A stretch of 62,673 nucleotides of DNA, the filler included, from Choristocarpus tenellus KU-1152 (lineage: Eukaryota > Protista > Phaeophyceae), in assembly GCA_964200185.2 (NCBI GenBank). It is 10 parts of 10 records of this genome, joined end to end, with 100 filler letters (N's around TTAATTAATTAA, not from the genome) between each part and the next. Parts side by side here need not be neighbours in the genome. Positions count along the whole stretch, not along the records: positions 12,849 to 20,834 come from CAXNAD020005303.1; positions 20,935 to 25,480 come from CAXNAD020014062.1; positions 25,581 to 33,871 come from CAXNAD020004890.1; 7 more parts are not named here. One strand, given 5' to 3'. A program made the position numbers and the translations under genes. Shown in pieces: positions 12,849 through 29,142 of this stretch (its first letter is position 1; each line of letters starts with the position of its first letter). Below the pieces are notes generated by a model that ran no database searches, was not told where the DNA came from, and was given only the letters and a program-made list of their open reading frames with translations.

Positions 12849-13823
12849 TGGGGAGGTTGCCTACAAATCCTTTACCTTTGGTCGTCAGCCTCATCTCACT
12901 AGGAACATCGAGTGAGTGTGAACCGTGGGGCAAACAGTGGCAGCCTGGTAATGGACATAGGTCGCCGAGGGTAGTGAGCGCAAACCAACCCAAACTTTCC
13001 TCAAGGATACTTGATACTGCACCATGTTAAACCTTGAATTGAATTAATCTTTGGTTCTCGTGTGAAGTGCTCTATATAGAGGCTTGAAGTCTTGTGTCTG
13101 TAGGGGGGTGATGTAATATACTGAAGCACCGATGGATTCAATGTGATGAATCTTGTGACATGCTCTGTGTTAGACTTTGTGTGAGTTGGAGATCGCTTGT
13201 ACATGGTCACAAAAAGATCATGGCCAGAAGATCGCCAACACAACTGTGTTATTTACAGTCGAGGAAATGCTCTGGGTTTGTAGCTTGGACTGTAGGGTCT
13301 CATTTACCTCAAGTACGACAATTTTGCATTGCAATGAACGCTATTCACGCCTTTTCCCCAATGGTTCGACGATGCTTTACTACGACCTTTCTCTTTCCTG
13401 CTACTTTCTTTGTTGATACAATAGCTTACATTTTCTCAAGGATCATATATTGCTTTGTCGATCCTCAGACTAATGTGAACAATAATAGTATCTTGAATTG
13501 ATTCAAACAGTATCAAGGCGAGTGTTACTGCTCCTCTGCGACCAAACATGGTCTTTTTCCTTTCTATAGGTTCAATTGTACGGACAGACAGAGGATGAGC
13601 AACTGCTGTGAATGAAGGCGCTAAGTATTGTCGGGCACCCTGCAGATAATGTATTTAAGACGAAAGCAGGGTGGACCAGAGAAGTACTACCAATTAGTTA
13701 GTTTAGTTTGAAGACGGTTTGAAGGAGGTTGAGGTTACGTTCAAGGGGTGATGTATTACACGATGCATAACAAACGTAGAGAATAAACATATGGACAGGT
13801 GATGTGCGTGGATGCATGCATGT

Positions 13824-14003
13824 GGCTCAAAGTATATGGTGGGGGTGGTAGTTGTCGATTGGAGGCCCATTTTTCCAGGTCGCAATTTTTGGGTTATTTG
13901 GTTATATGCGTCGGATGGATAATGTAAGTGAACTTTCCCTGGTCAGGCCCCAAATGTACACCCTGGTGTAGACCCTCCCCCTCCCCCCCCAGATGTTTGA
14001 GCC
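13824..14003 (-). mobile_element. MITE family A, full copy in reverse orientation
   Basis: GGCTCAAAGTATATGG...CCCCAGATGTTTGAGCC; reverse complement of the 10833-11016 body. Confidence 0.85.
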
Positions 14004-15291
14004 TACGTGTATGTAAGTATGTATGTAGGTGGAACAAAGTGCTTCGGGGGTAATGGACGCGCCAGAGAAGTCACGACGGTCGACCTACATCATGCTATGC
14101 CAGTAGGTAAGGTAGCTCGATTAGATTTGTGTGCATACCCACTCAACTGGTAGGTTCATACTGCCTGTTGAACGTGTGTTGTATTTTATCTCATTATATA
14201 CCTACCGTTTTTCCTATTTCCTCATTTTGGAAATCCTGAGCTTGATTGAATACGTAATATACGTATCAATATACCTACTGATGTTTTCCAGATGTTGTCA
14301 TGGATGGAACAAGGAGGAAACATACATGTTAGAGATTAGAGCAAACGCAGAGTTCGTATTGCTTCTATAGAGGTATTCTGTTACACCAACCACAGTTAGT
14401 AGTGGTAGTAGTATATTTGAAACCTAGAAAAAAAACCTCATCCACACCAGCGATTTTATGTAACCATAAATGTGATTTGTCTGAAAATAAAAATTACATT
14501 CAATCGAAGTTATGGGTTTATTATTCGATGCATTCTAAAGGAAAGAAACTATGAGAAGAAGAAGCATTCAGAAGATATGTGCGAGTGTGCTATGCCTTGG
14601 GCTAACATTGGGCTAACATTGGTTGGTAGGAATGCAACCAGGTAATAAGTTCTCTGTTTTATCAAACAAATACTTGTACCACCTTTGTTGGTTGGTTACA
14701 CCCTTGCCTTCCAATCCTCAACTGTGGCCCCAAACTTCTCGGTGTCACCTTGCCGGCAAAAATATCTATACTCCTATCCACCTTGCTTCCGCCTTCCGTC
14801 TGTTACTTCCCTGAATCAATATCAATATACCCTTGGAAGTCCCTCTGCATGCAACCGACCCTTTGAACAAGATTCTCCATTTTCGCATATTTGCCTCAGT
14901 ACTGTCATGCCCAGTCTTTACAAATAATATCTTCATTTTGTAGGACAATATCTGATTAGTGTGTTCCAGTTTTCTAAATTTAATGAAGAGCAGGCGGAAT
15001 TTGTGGTGGTGAGAACAAAGCTCCAAATAATGGACCTGGTGGAGTACTCAAGTCACACAACCATAATATTAGCATGTATGGCAGGACCTCATCAAGTACT
15101 TCAACCTTAGCCTTTTGATTCTTAAGCTCAAGTGGTACACCTAACTGTGGTTTTGGTAAAAAACACTTAATTGGCTGTTTTTGTGGAAGACCCAACCTTT
15201 TTGAAACTGCCAGCTGGTTTCGGCAGTGATATTAGCTTCAGCACTGATGATGCCTCAAGGTAAACCAAACTGTCAGTTTGGTTGTACTTCT

Positions 15292-15546
15292 GAGTCAAAG
15301 TAAATCAGAGGTACCCAGTTTTTGCCCGTTTTGCATTTTAACTCCTAATTTCAATCTTCTACGTATCACCCATATTTCTATCTCTATGGCTAAAGTGCAA
15401 AGATTGATTTGAGAGCGTTGATTTATCTCTTCCTTGAAATTTTCGAAAGAATTCCGAAAATTCACCACACGCATTTTTACAAAATGCTGAAATTTGCACA
15501 TATATCCTTAAAGTGCAACCTGGGTACCTCTCGTTTACTTCGACTC
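15292..15546 (+). mobile_element. MITE family E (~255 bp) with ~27-bp TIR and 3-bp TCT target duplication
   Basis: GAGTCAAAGTAAATCAGAGGTACCCAG...CTGGGTACCTCTCGTTTACTTCGACTC with TCT on both flanks; related copies at 49404-49665 and 58221-58467. Confidence 0.85.
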
Positions 15547-15859
15547 TCTGCCCAAAGCCCGGATCTGAATAAAGTTTGTCGGCCTTCTTTGTTAGGAGGT
15601 CGAAGGCAAGTGGTCTCCAACTCAACTCATACACAGTCTGACCGAATGACCAGGCCACCTGCACATTGATGTCTTTCACTAACCATGTCAGCCTTCCTTA
15701 GCTCTTACATGCAATACCCGCAATTGTTAGCATGGAGCATACTTCACAGGCGCTGCTCAAGTGCTACCCCTCTCCCTGTTGCTCCTCGTCCTCTGAACTG
15801 TTTATTTTTTAGCTCCCTTGGAGATGGCTGAGTTAGTGTTGAACTGCTTCAGCGCTATT

Positions 15860-16540
15860 CTTACCACTGCATGCAGCAAAGAATATGTTGAAGAGGATGG
15901 GGACCCAAAACAAACGAGATGTACCTAGGTTTTGGGCGATTTGCTTTTAAAGTCTGTTTTTCAATGGGGTCAACAACACACCCTTGCCCAAGGCCATTCC
16001 TGACCTCAAACCAATCTCTACACTCTCCATCATCCATGCGGATGCATGCCCACATTCTTTAATGGAATTAGTGCAATATCCGAGATCGTTCTCAGTCACT
16101 CCATACTTTGCAAGCACAGCCCGAAGAAGATCGTGGTCAACAGAGTAATTTCTTTCTGTACGCCAATAACAAACACCTGAACAGAGGTAGTATTCCTGTG
16201 TTTCTCGTATGAGCTCTTCAGGATACATACATACTATGGTGTACATCATGTCCACAGTGGAACTTTGGGGTCAGAAGCCACACTGTTGTTCCTCATGTAG
16301 GATGCTCCTCCACTTCCAGTAAGTTCCCAGTCATTGTGCACACACCTTTACAACAACACTTCATCACTACCGTGTGCCACAATGATACCGCTCTTTAGCT
16401 AAGATAATCGATCCGATCCTTCTTCTTGTGCGGAGTACTTCGATAACGGCATCCTTCCAAACCTGCAGCACATCTTCTGGCTCCCACACAGCCATCACAA
16501 CCTTCTTGGGGAAAATCTGGATGATCTCTTATCTCCCCTG
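15860..16540 (-). mobile_element. Non-LTR retrotransposon (LINE, RTE-like) reverse transcriptase relic
   Basis: Frameshifted motifs WKDAVI, EEQQCGF*PQSSTVDMMY, YSVDHDLLRAVLAKYGV, DWFEVRNGLGQGCV and PILFNIFFAA. A truncated family-E MITE end sits at ~15902-15965. Confidence 0.8.
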
Positions 16541-17861
16541 AGGCCATTTTTCAGGATTTCAACTGTGGGGAGAATACTTGGTGCCAAGATTTTCTGTTTT
16601 CTATGTTTCACACTGCTTCAGCCACTTCCACCAGTCAGTGTTGTGCATCATGATTATCAGCAACAAGTGCCATGGAAGTGGTTCATTGGTCGAGGAGGGT
16701 TTCCGTACTATTGGGCTGATGAGGTTAACGGAGTCTCGTTCAGTACCACTTCAAAGCGTCACCCCACTACTAGTGTTCCATACTACTACTACTATAAAAA
16801 AAATATATGGAACCCCCAAGAAATGAGGCAATGAGAAAAAAAGCAATATTCAACAGGCAGTTTGTGGGTGTGGGTGTGTATGCGCCCTAATTTTCTACGT
16901 GACGAAGGTAGGTGCCTCGCCTCCAGTTCCTCAAGTTTCACCTTGCAAGTGTGTTCACCTGACACCTTATCATCTCACTTGTCTAGCCAACAGACACATA
17001 CATACACACTGCATCCCATTCCACCTTGATTTCTTTTCAATGTTGTACTACTACAACAATAATGGTGGTAGAACTGAGTATATAATAATGTATGGTGAAT
17101 AGAATGATGCCCTCCTTGTTATAGACATACTACATAGTCCGTTGCCAATATCTGTTCAGATTGGATTTGGTGTGGTCGTTATTTGTTGTAGAAACAGTAG
17201 GGTCCTATGAAGTACTTAAGTTATAGTAATTACATACCATTGGTTTGGCTTTTTCCCTGACACATGTGTAAATGCTACAGGTATAATAATAAAAAAGTAT
17301 AATATTATTATGTAGAATTTTAATGGAATGATGTTTGTAACCAGTCAGGTTCAAGGGTGTGTGTATGGATGGAGGGAGATGTGTGTAGTGTGTGAAAGTA
17401 CTACTAACTACCACAACTATATAAACCACCACTATATCATATAGCACAATTATACTACTACTATTATTGTGGTAGTAACTACGACTTGATGTTTTAAAAA
17501 TCCTTATACCGTTTTCGACAATAACACTACCTCCTCTTTTGATTCTCAATACAATAAATCCTATATTTCCCTTCTCCGTCCGCCTGGCCTCTCCAGAAGC
17601 TGGCAGGTATTGAGAGGTGATAGAGTGCTTTCTTCTCCCAAAGTGAACCCACAACACAGTTAATGCAATAGGACTGTACTTGGGTCATGTGAGACGACTG
17701 GGTTCGAATGATCCTAGAATATTCCTGGTCCTACGCTGAGGACAGACTTGAACCCCGCTGAAACCCGAGGGATGACTGGGTGAGCCGTCTTAAGGATCAT
17801 CTCGAGACAAACTTGATCGGGTGGTCAACCCTCCTTATACACATAGCGGTTGACTATTCTA

Positions 17862-20090
17862 ATGGATGATAGTCAACTGCCGTCAAGGGTGGAGGACTAC
17901 TCCCAGAATGGACCTGCAAGTCCAGTTGCTAGGGTTCGTGGTTTGGTCGATCCAGTGAGCTCGGTTGATGGAGGAGTCAGGGGCACGCCAACTGCATCTG
18001 GCCTTAAATCTCCTGCTGTCTCCTGGGGTGTGGAGCTAAATTTTCACGGGGAAGTTGATGTTGGTAACGTGATTGCTGAGGCTATGAAGGAGGACGGAGT
18101 GTCAGGAGGGGCGAGATTTGCGTTGGGCGTCGACCATGTAGAGTCAGGGTCTGCATGTGAAGCAACACCAGGGACAATTCCAGGCGTCTCTTTCTCGGAT
18201 GGTATTGGGGATGTTGGGGGGGTAGAAGAGGGTAGTGAGGAGAGTATGGTGCGGATCATTGCCGAGGCCATGTCAGAAGAGAAGTGGCATGGGAGGGACC
18301 AAGAGAGTGTAGGGTGGGGAATTCAATATCCCGATCAAGCTAACGCCGACACATATACGAATGGCGTCAGGCATCTTGGGGACAAGAAAAATGAGTGTAC
18401 CCCAAGTGACAGTCCCATCGATGATTCTTCTCCCACAACCCAACTCCGTCCGGTGAATTCGGTCGTAGACGACTACTTGGGTAATGGGGAAGTAGGCACT
18501 GGCGTTATGAACGGATCCCTTGGTGACATTCCGAAAGAAGTTGCAAATGGTGGCGACAGGAGTGTGGTGGAATTATCGAGCATTCAGGAAAGAGGATCCC
18601 AATATCCGTCTATCACTCCGTTGGGGCCAGGCGACACTCCCACATCTTGCTCGCTGCCGTCCGTCCCTTTACCCTTGTCAATTGGACCTTTTCCCGGGAA
18701 AGGGAAGGCCGAAAAGTATAGCGAATTGCCACCACATGACAAGTCAATGCCACCCTCGGTAATAGAGACAAGACAATTTTCAGCAGAGGGCCAGGGGGGG
18801 GAGAGGGAGGGCGAAAAGGATTTGCACAACAGCATCGGTATGTTGTTAGATAGTGTTAGGACGGAGGAGGACAGGTTAGAAGTAGAGCAGAGGTTGCAAG
18901 TTGATGCTGAGTTGCTGCGCAACATATCTAATTGGCCTCTTCATGGCCAAGACGAGGTTATTGGTTGTGGTCAGTTGGAATCTTCAGGAGGTATTGGGCT
19001 CGATGTCAGATCACTGGGAGCACGGAAGTCTTGTGGTCTTGAAGGGACAGAGAGTAACAGTACTGCAGTATGGCAAGGGAACGAGGGCTCAGGTAATGTG
19101 CAATTGGATGAGGAAATAGAGGGACTAATGGATGGATCTGTCCTCCATGACCACGGAAGGGGTGGGCTCCCCTCACCGCCCTCTACATTTCCTTGTACCA
19201 CCGGGGGTTCAAGTGGGAATAACAGGCAAGCTTCCACTTCCTGCCAGCATGAAAACATGTGGGATCCACTCTGTAAGAGTAACAACGTCTATGGGGAATA
19301 CTCAGGTCAGCGCTTTGTATCAGTTGTAACAAGTACAAGCTGTATGGGGTGCACTGAGTTGTGTTTTGCTTACAGCAGAGCTCCTTGACATCTTTCCCCT
19401 TTCCCCCTTTTCCCCTTACCCTCTTTCCCCCACACATCCACTCACCTCTGGTTTGTCACCCTGACCACTTCCCTCCTCCCATACGCAGCCTGTACCTTCG
19501 CAGGACCAGATCCCTCTCCCCTTTTCAATGTTTGACACTCTTTTTCTTTTTTTAGCACTGGCACTCTTGAATGTCCAATCTTCTCCCCTGTTGTTTCCTA
19601 GTGTGCAATGTGAGTGTTGCCCCACACCCCTCATACTGTCATGAAAATTCCTTGCAGTCATGACATCTGACCCCCATGCCCTCAGAATATTTGACTCTTC
19701 ACTTGAGTACCCTTAGTTCTTCCTACTCCTCCTGAGCACACATCAATCCTAGCGACAGCTCACTTTATTCATTGCTATGCCCTCCCCCCCCCCATTCCCC
19801 TCTCTTCCAAATATATTTCATCCCTCTACACCGCCCATGTGCTCTGCTTCCTCACTCACCACTGGAACACTAGATGGTGACTGCCTCGGGCAACTCCAGA
19901 GCGTGGCGTCCCCTAGTCATCGTGGGGACAGGGGTCTGGAAGAAATGTTTTCCAATGTAGGAACTCAGCCCAGTGTGTCCACAGAGCTCCTGGGGCACTT
20001 CATCCGAGCTGAGGGAGGGAATGCACAGAGGGCTGCTAACCTGTACCTGCTTGTAGTTGAGGACTTTTGGCAGCTGCGGAATGGTATCAG
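17862..20090 (+). CDS. Hypothetical protein, 5' part: large low-complexity exon 17862-19305 plus exon 19874-20090 with a UBA/CUE-like helical motif; continues beyond the contig or into unrecognised exons
   Basis: 512-aa open frame; CAG|GTCAG donor at 19305 and TAG acceptor at 19873 are both phase 1; LLGHFIRAEGGNAQRAANLYL is UBA-like. Confidence 0.6.
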
Positions 20091-21050
20091 GTGCAAAGTG
20101 GAGTAGCTGTGTGAAGGATGGACGGTTGTGGGGACAGTGATGTGTGAACCTACCAGGGTTAGAGGAGAGGTGTTGGTGAGGTGTCTTTGTAGAAGATGTT
20201 TTTTTGCCACGATTGGCAAGTGCTGATGACCAATGTAGAACTATGTGCTGATATTTTTTTCCTTGGGTTGTGTTGGGTTTGGTTGTTTAGTGGGCTAGGT
20301 GTTTTGAGGCTGATCAAAGGAGCCAACGGCATCAATACCGATTCTTCAAGGGCTAGGATTAGATATTGGGGCAGATGCTGTTGCTGTTGCTGTTTGTTGC
20401 TGCTACCATGATAAAAATCGCAATTATGTACCTCCACAAAAGCTTGCACAAGGCGAGGTAAAGGTGTGCTCCAGGCCCATCACACTGTATCTGTCAGGGG
20501 AGCAACCTCATTGTAAGGAATACAAAGGAAATGGCATGCTAGATAAGGAGCCTTGAATGTATATTTTTTGCATATAGTTGCATGTAGTTGTTGGTCAAGT
20601 ATGTATGCGTTGAAACAGTACCTTTTTTTTTTCCCCATGTCTTAATAGTTACCTGTAGTGGCACAGCCCCTCCCCCCCAAGATTTTCAGGACAGGTGCAA
20701 TGGAGTGCTGTTTCTGTTCAATTTGCTTCTTTACCTGTTGGACCATTCCTTGATTGTGAATCTCTGCGAAATCCTTTAGAATCTCCCTCCTGCCCCACCC
20801 CTTGAGTTTTTACGCCCTGCCTCCCTCCCCACCCNNNNNNNNNNNNNNNNNNNNNNNNNNNNNNNNNNNNNNNNNNNNTTAATTAATTAANNNNNNNNNN
20901 NNNNNNNNNNNNNNNNNNNNNNNNNNNNNNNNNNAAAACTACCAAACCATTACAACACCCCCCACATAAAGTCAAATGGGGCGTGGGCCCCCCCCCCCCC
21001 CCCTCCCCCTCCCTTCCCTCTTCCCCACCCCCAACAACATGTGACTTCAC

Positions 21051-24632
<3,582 letters not shown>

Positions 24633-27600
24633 CTTCAGTCCGATTTTTATGGGGTGCATGGGTGCGAACATGAGCACAATTATGAGTGGGCAGTTTGTAG
24701 TGTGTGTGTGTACGGGGGGGGAGGGAATAGAGTCAACCAGGTACAATGTGGGAAATGTATCCTTCTGTGTTGGCTTACAGTTATTTCGCCTCCAGCTCTT
24801 GTCCGGGAATCAAGGATGGAAGAATTAAAAAAATAAACAAGAGATAAAAAAAACAAAAGATGTTTGAGGTAGGAAAAGGTCAGTCCTATTTTGTGCGTGT
24901 CCACAGAACACATACACACACACAAGTCTAAGGAATAGCAAGACTTGAAGAGATAGTATTAATACACACTTCAAGGCACTATCAAAGTAGCAAAAGGATT
25001 GATCACTCTACATAGAGATCTACTGCATGACAACATGGATAGTAGAGGACGGTCAAGACGCAGCCTGAGATCACAGATGCCAATCAAAGGGAAGTGAGAG
25101 GTAAGGTTCAGCGATCACAAGCAAACAATCATGGGACTCTCCATTGTGTTTTCATGCCTGGCCATGTAGGCCCAAAATAATATCTAAAAGTTCAATGTTC
25201 TAAGTATTTCATCCATCAATGCATACAACCTATCTAGCTCGATAATTTTCTCAGCAACATCACAGTTCTACCATTCAGAAACGTATGCTATGTATCAACT
25301 CCAGGTTGGTCTTCCCTTTCAGAATAAGTGTTGGAGACATGGTCAGTCCTATCTTGTCTCACAGCTTTTCTGAACACTCCATTTGTCCTCCAAAATGTAA
25401 GTCACAGGGTACACCTCATTTGAGCAATCCAAGCCAAGTAAGCAATCGCTTAACCCCCCGCCCTCAACAACAAACCTACCNNNNNNNNNNNNNNNNNNNN
25501 NNNNNNNNNNNNNNNNNNNNNNNNTTAATTAATTAANNNNNNNNNNNNNNNNNNNNNNNNNNNNNNNNNNNNNNNNNNNNGAAGGGGGGCTGTCCTGAGT
25601 AATTGTGGAGAGGTTCTTCAGGATGAGTATTGCTTACTACCTCATATATTCCAACAAGAAAGGCATGGAGTGCACCAAATTGGACAGGGCGCACAAGACA
25701 TTTTAGCCTCACAGGAGGCTTGCCCCTTCAGAATACCTCATTTGACTTGGCATGGATTGTCTGGGTCAGAGGGCTGGGCCCCTATGAGTGAGCCTTAGCC
25801 AGCAGGTGAAAACATCGCATAAACGGGAAATAATGGAAAGAGAATGGAGAGACAACAACGTCCATGTTCTCTGGGTGAAGATGGCCTCTTCTGGTGTCTA
25901 AATCATCCTTAAATGCACAGTTTGTGCAAGCGGACTACTTCATTTAAGTATGGTCCTGTATTTCTCACGGTTACTGCAAGTTGATCTACCGAGAACCATC
26001 CAATAAGGTGAAGCATGCTGATGCGATTAGAACAAACTAATTTTCATGAAAAAAAATGTTACTAATCAAATGTTATGGCAAAGCAAAGTTGATGCAGGAG
26101 GCGACTGCCAACACTCTATCTATATCCGACAGTGGCACTCTAGAACTAAGTGAATTTAGAAAGATGGATATATGACTTAGTGCTTAACCACCCTGATTAT
26201 AACGTTGAGATATTAGTATCAACCATGATAAAACTATATATTGAAACAAGAGGAGAGCTAAATTTATGTTCTAGGGTACAGTCTGACTACATGATCACTT
26301 TTTTGTTAGGTGTAACCATGAGTGGACTTAACACTTCACCTCCTTGTGCCTATTTTGTTTCTTTTTTCTGGAGCTCATACATGATTGCTTTTTGGTGGTG
26401 GGGTTGGCTGCTTCATCTTTCTCTTTTTCTGTCATGTTGAGTTCTTTTTTTGTATATTCTTACTTGTATGGAAGCATTTTCTATTTTGTCACTTCTACTT
26501 TGTTCTGGATTTTTCTATTTTTCTGTATTAGTGCGAGGCAGAGCTAGCTCTTTGAATCAGGCAGGCTGGAGTACCACATTGTGTATGTAATTTAGTGACA
26601 CACAACTAAAGGGATTCCCCCAAAACTGTGTATCAGTGGTACTATAGTGTCATTGTCGTGGTCTAAACTACTTAACTGCAAGCTGTGCGATCTCTTCAAA
26701 ATCTGACCTAAAGGTACAACCTTTCTGAAGAATTTTTTCATTTTTTCTGATCTCTTACAATTTTGAGAGAGATAGAAGGGAAGGGAGCAGCATGTTATGA
26801 TCGTGGTTTTGGATACCCAGTACTTTACAATAAGCAATACCTACTCTAAAACAGTACGCTAGTTGCATTCAGCTACTTTCAGATTTTAATTTTGTGTAAC
26901 GTGTATAGTTTCTGCTATGTTATCATTATTTATTGTATTGCCTTTGTTTGTGGCCATGGGTCCAAGCATGGTGTGAGTCTGTTGCTTCTTCTCAGAGACA
27001 ACACCTGCCAAGCTTGTATCATGTACAAACTTTGTGAGAACCCATCAATAATGTGATTAGTTGTATTACAAACACACACAATACAAAATTGAACACTGTT
27101 GTTGGGTAGTCCTTTCAATTGGCGGGGAACATTTCAGGGCTGTTTAGTACTTACTGTTCACCATGTTTTGTCATTGTGATCAGCCCATGCTAGGTGGAGC
27201 CCGTTGATTACCAGGCCCGTTTTTTGCAAGGAATCACACTTTTGCCTTTCTCAGATCAGTACTACCTAGTTGAAACGGTTACCAGTTTTAGGTCAAGTTT
27301 GATTATCTACAAATATTGTTGCTAATGTTTCTAATGAAGGAGAAATAAGTGCTAGTCTATCAATACCAGCAAACCAACAATAAATAATACTTCAGAACAC
27401 AAAGTAGAAACATGGTCACTGATTCTAGTTGTCTCCTATATTTGTTAGGCTTTTGTTAGATCCCTCACAATACCTACAAAATGTCAATATCTGCACAGAA
27501 GTCAAGAGCATGAAATAAGAAAGTTTGCAGGGAAGCATTACTATACCAAACAACACTTTCAATGAACAAATTTGTAACACAATGCAAATCAATCACTGAA

Positions 27601-29142
27601 GTACAACCTGGTCCAGCAAACCAACTGATCACTCTTTTCAGGAAGATCTATTCAGAACCAGAGGAAAGGCAATTCCACTTTCTAAGGCCACATGTGACAA
27701 GGGAAACTTAACACCATACTCCAAATTTCGCACATGGCATGTGTATGGCATGTGTCCAGTTCCTGACTGTAACGCAAGTTAACATCCCATTTTGTGTCCA
27801 CCATATTATACATGGTGCTGCTTGAATTGAAACTCCATTTTTTTTAACACTCTTGTTGGGGTGTGCAAGCAGATCATGATCATATCTGGTCCCAGAGTCA
27901 CAGCCACATTATCCCCAAGAACTCCAAACCAGCTCCAACCATGACACTTTGAATATTTAGTATTGATGGTAGGAGAAATGTTACTTTGAAGAAGAGTATT
28001 TTATAACCCTTGTGACATACTTATTCCAACTGTATCACAATCTTGTCTACAACCACATCAAATTATTGGTACTTCCAAGGAGAGCAAAATCACATAAAAT
28101 AAATTAAACACAACTTGAAGTGCTATAAAATATAGAAAAAACAGGTCAGAGTGATGATCAACAGCTTGCCACCAAAACGCTTACACAAGTAGAGTCCTTG
28201 TACAACACGAACATCCCTATATAAAAATAATGAAAATGTTTATGTACTGTTGCACCCATTAAATTGTTCTCTGCAAGTGGCATCTTACTAATTATATTGA
28301 TAGCATGGGTGTACTTTGAGACTGAATGAAAGGAGATCCACGATTCTTGCTGGACAAGACAAATATTGTATGACTATCTGCTCGAGACAATATATGAGAT
28401 CATTGCCATCCTTAATTATAGGCAAGGAATCGGGCACATATTGTTTATGCCAACAAGCATATCTTGAGTCAAGAGCTGAGTTTCACCTCACAGAGTGACT
28501 TATTCTTTGCCTATATACTTCGAATGTGGAGGTTTCCAAAAAAATGCAGCTTAATGGCCTATGAGTCAGAATCAAATAGCACCAGGCAGTCTGAAAAGAA
28601 TTTTCAAAATAAAATCTAGAGGAAAAGAAGGACCACTATTAATAAAATCATTTTGTACTCAGGATGCGAACCTGTTGTTCATCCAATCTTTAAAGAGTTC
28701 ATTCATCCAGCCATTAAAGAGTACAGTTTCTTGCACCAACTTTGCATACATAACATTGTACCCCCCACAGGAATGCAATACATTTCTTTACCTTTTCTTG
28801 AGTATGATACACAGGTGAGAACAAAGAACCTCAAAGCAATGATCATCATGGAAAAAAATAATGGCCTTGAAATTGTTCCTGTCTCAACTCCACATTGAAC
28901 TCAGCTGTATGTAAAATTCGACATCCATGTACTTTATCCTCATTATTCCATTCAAATGTGCGCGACACTTTCAGTTGAAATTATAATCCTCTTCTACATG
29001 GTGTTTGGCAGCTGATTTAGACGCCATTCCAATAGAAGCCAAGAACAGGTAATCCCATACAGTTCTAGCCTACCTCTGATACATCTACAGGTGAATCAAC
29101 AAAAGACTTACTCTAAATCTTTCCTTTGACCTTCATGCACAG

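Noticed and set aside
17205-17657. 150-aa - strand ORF
   Set aside because: Produced by low-complexity TAG/TAC-rich sequence; no coding signal.
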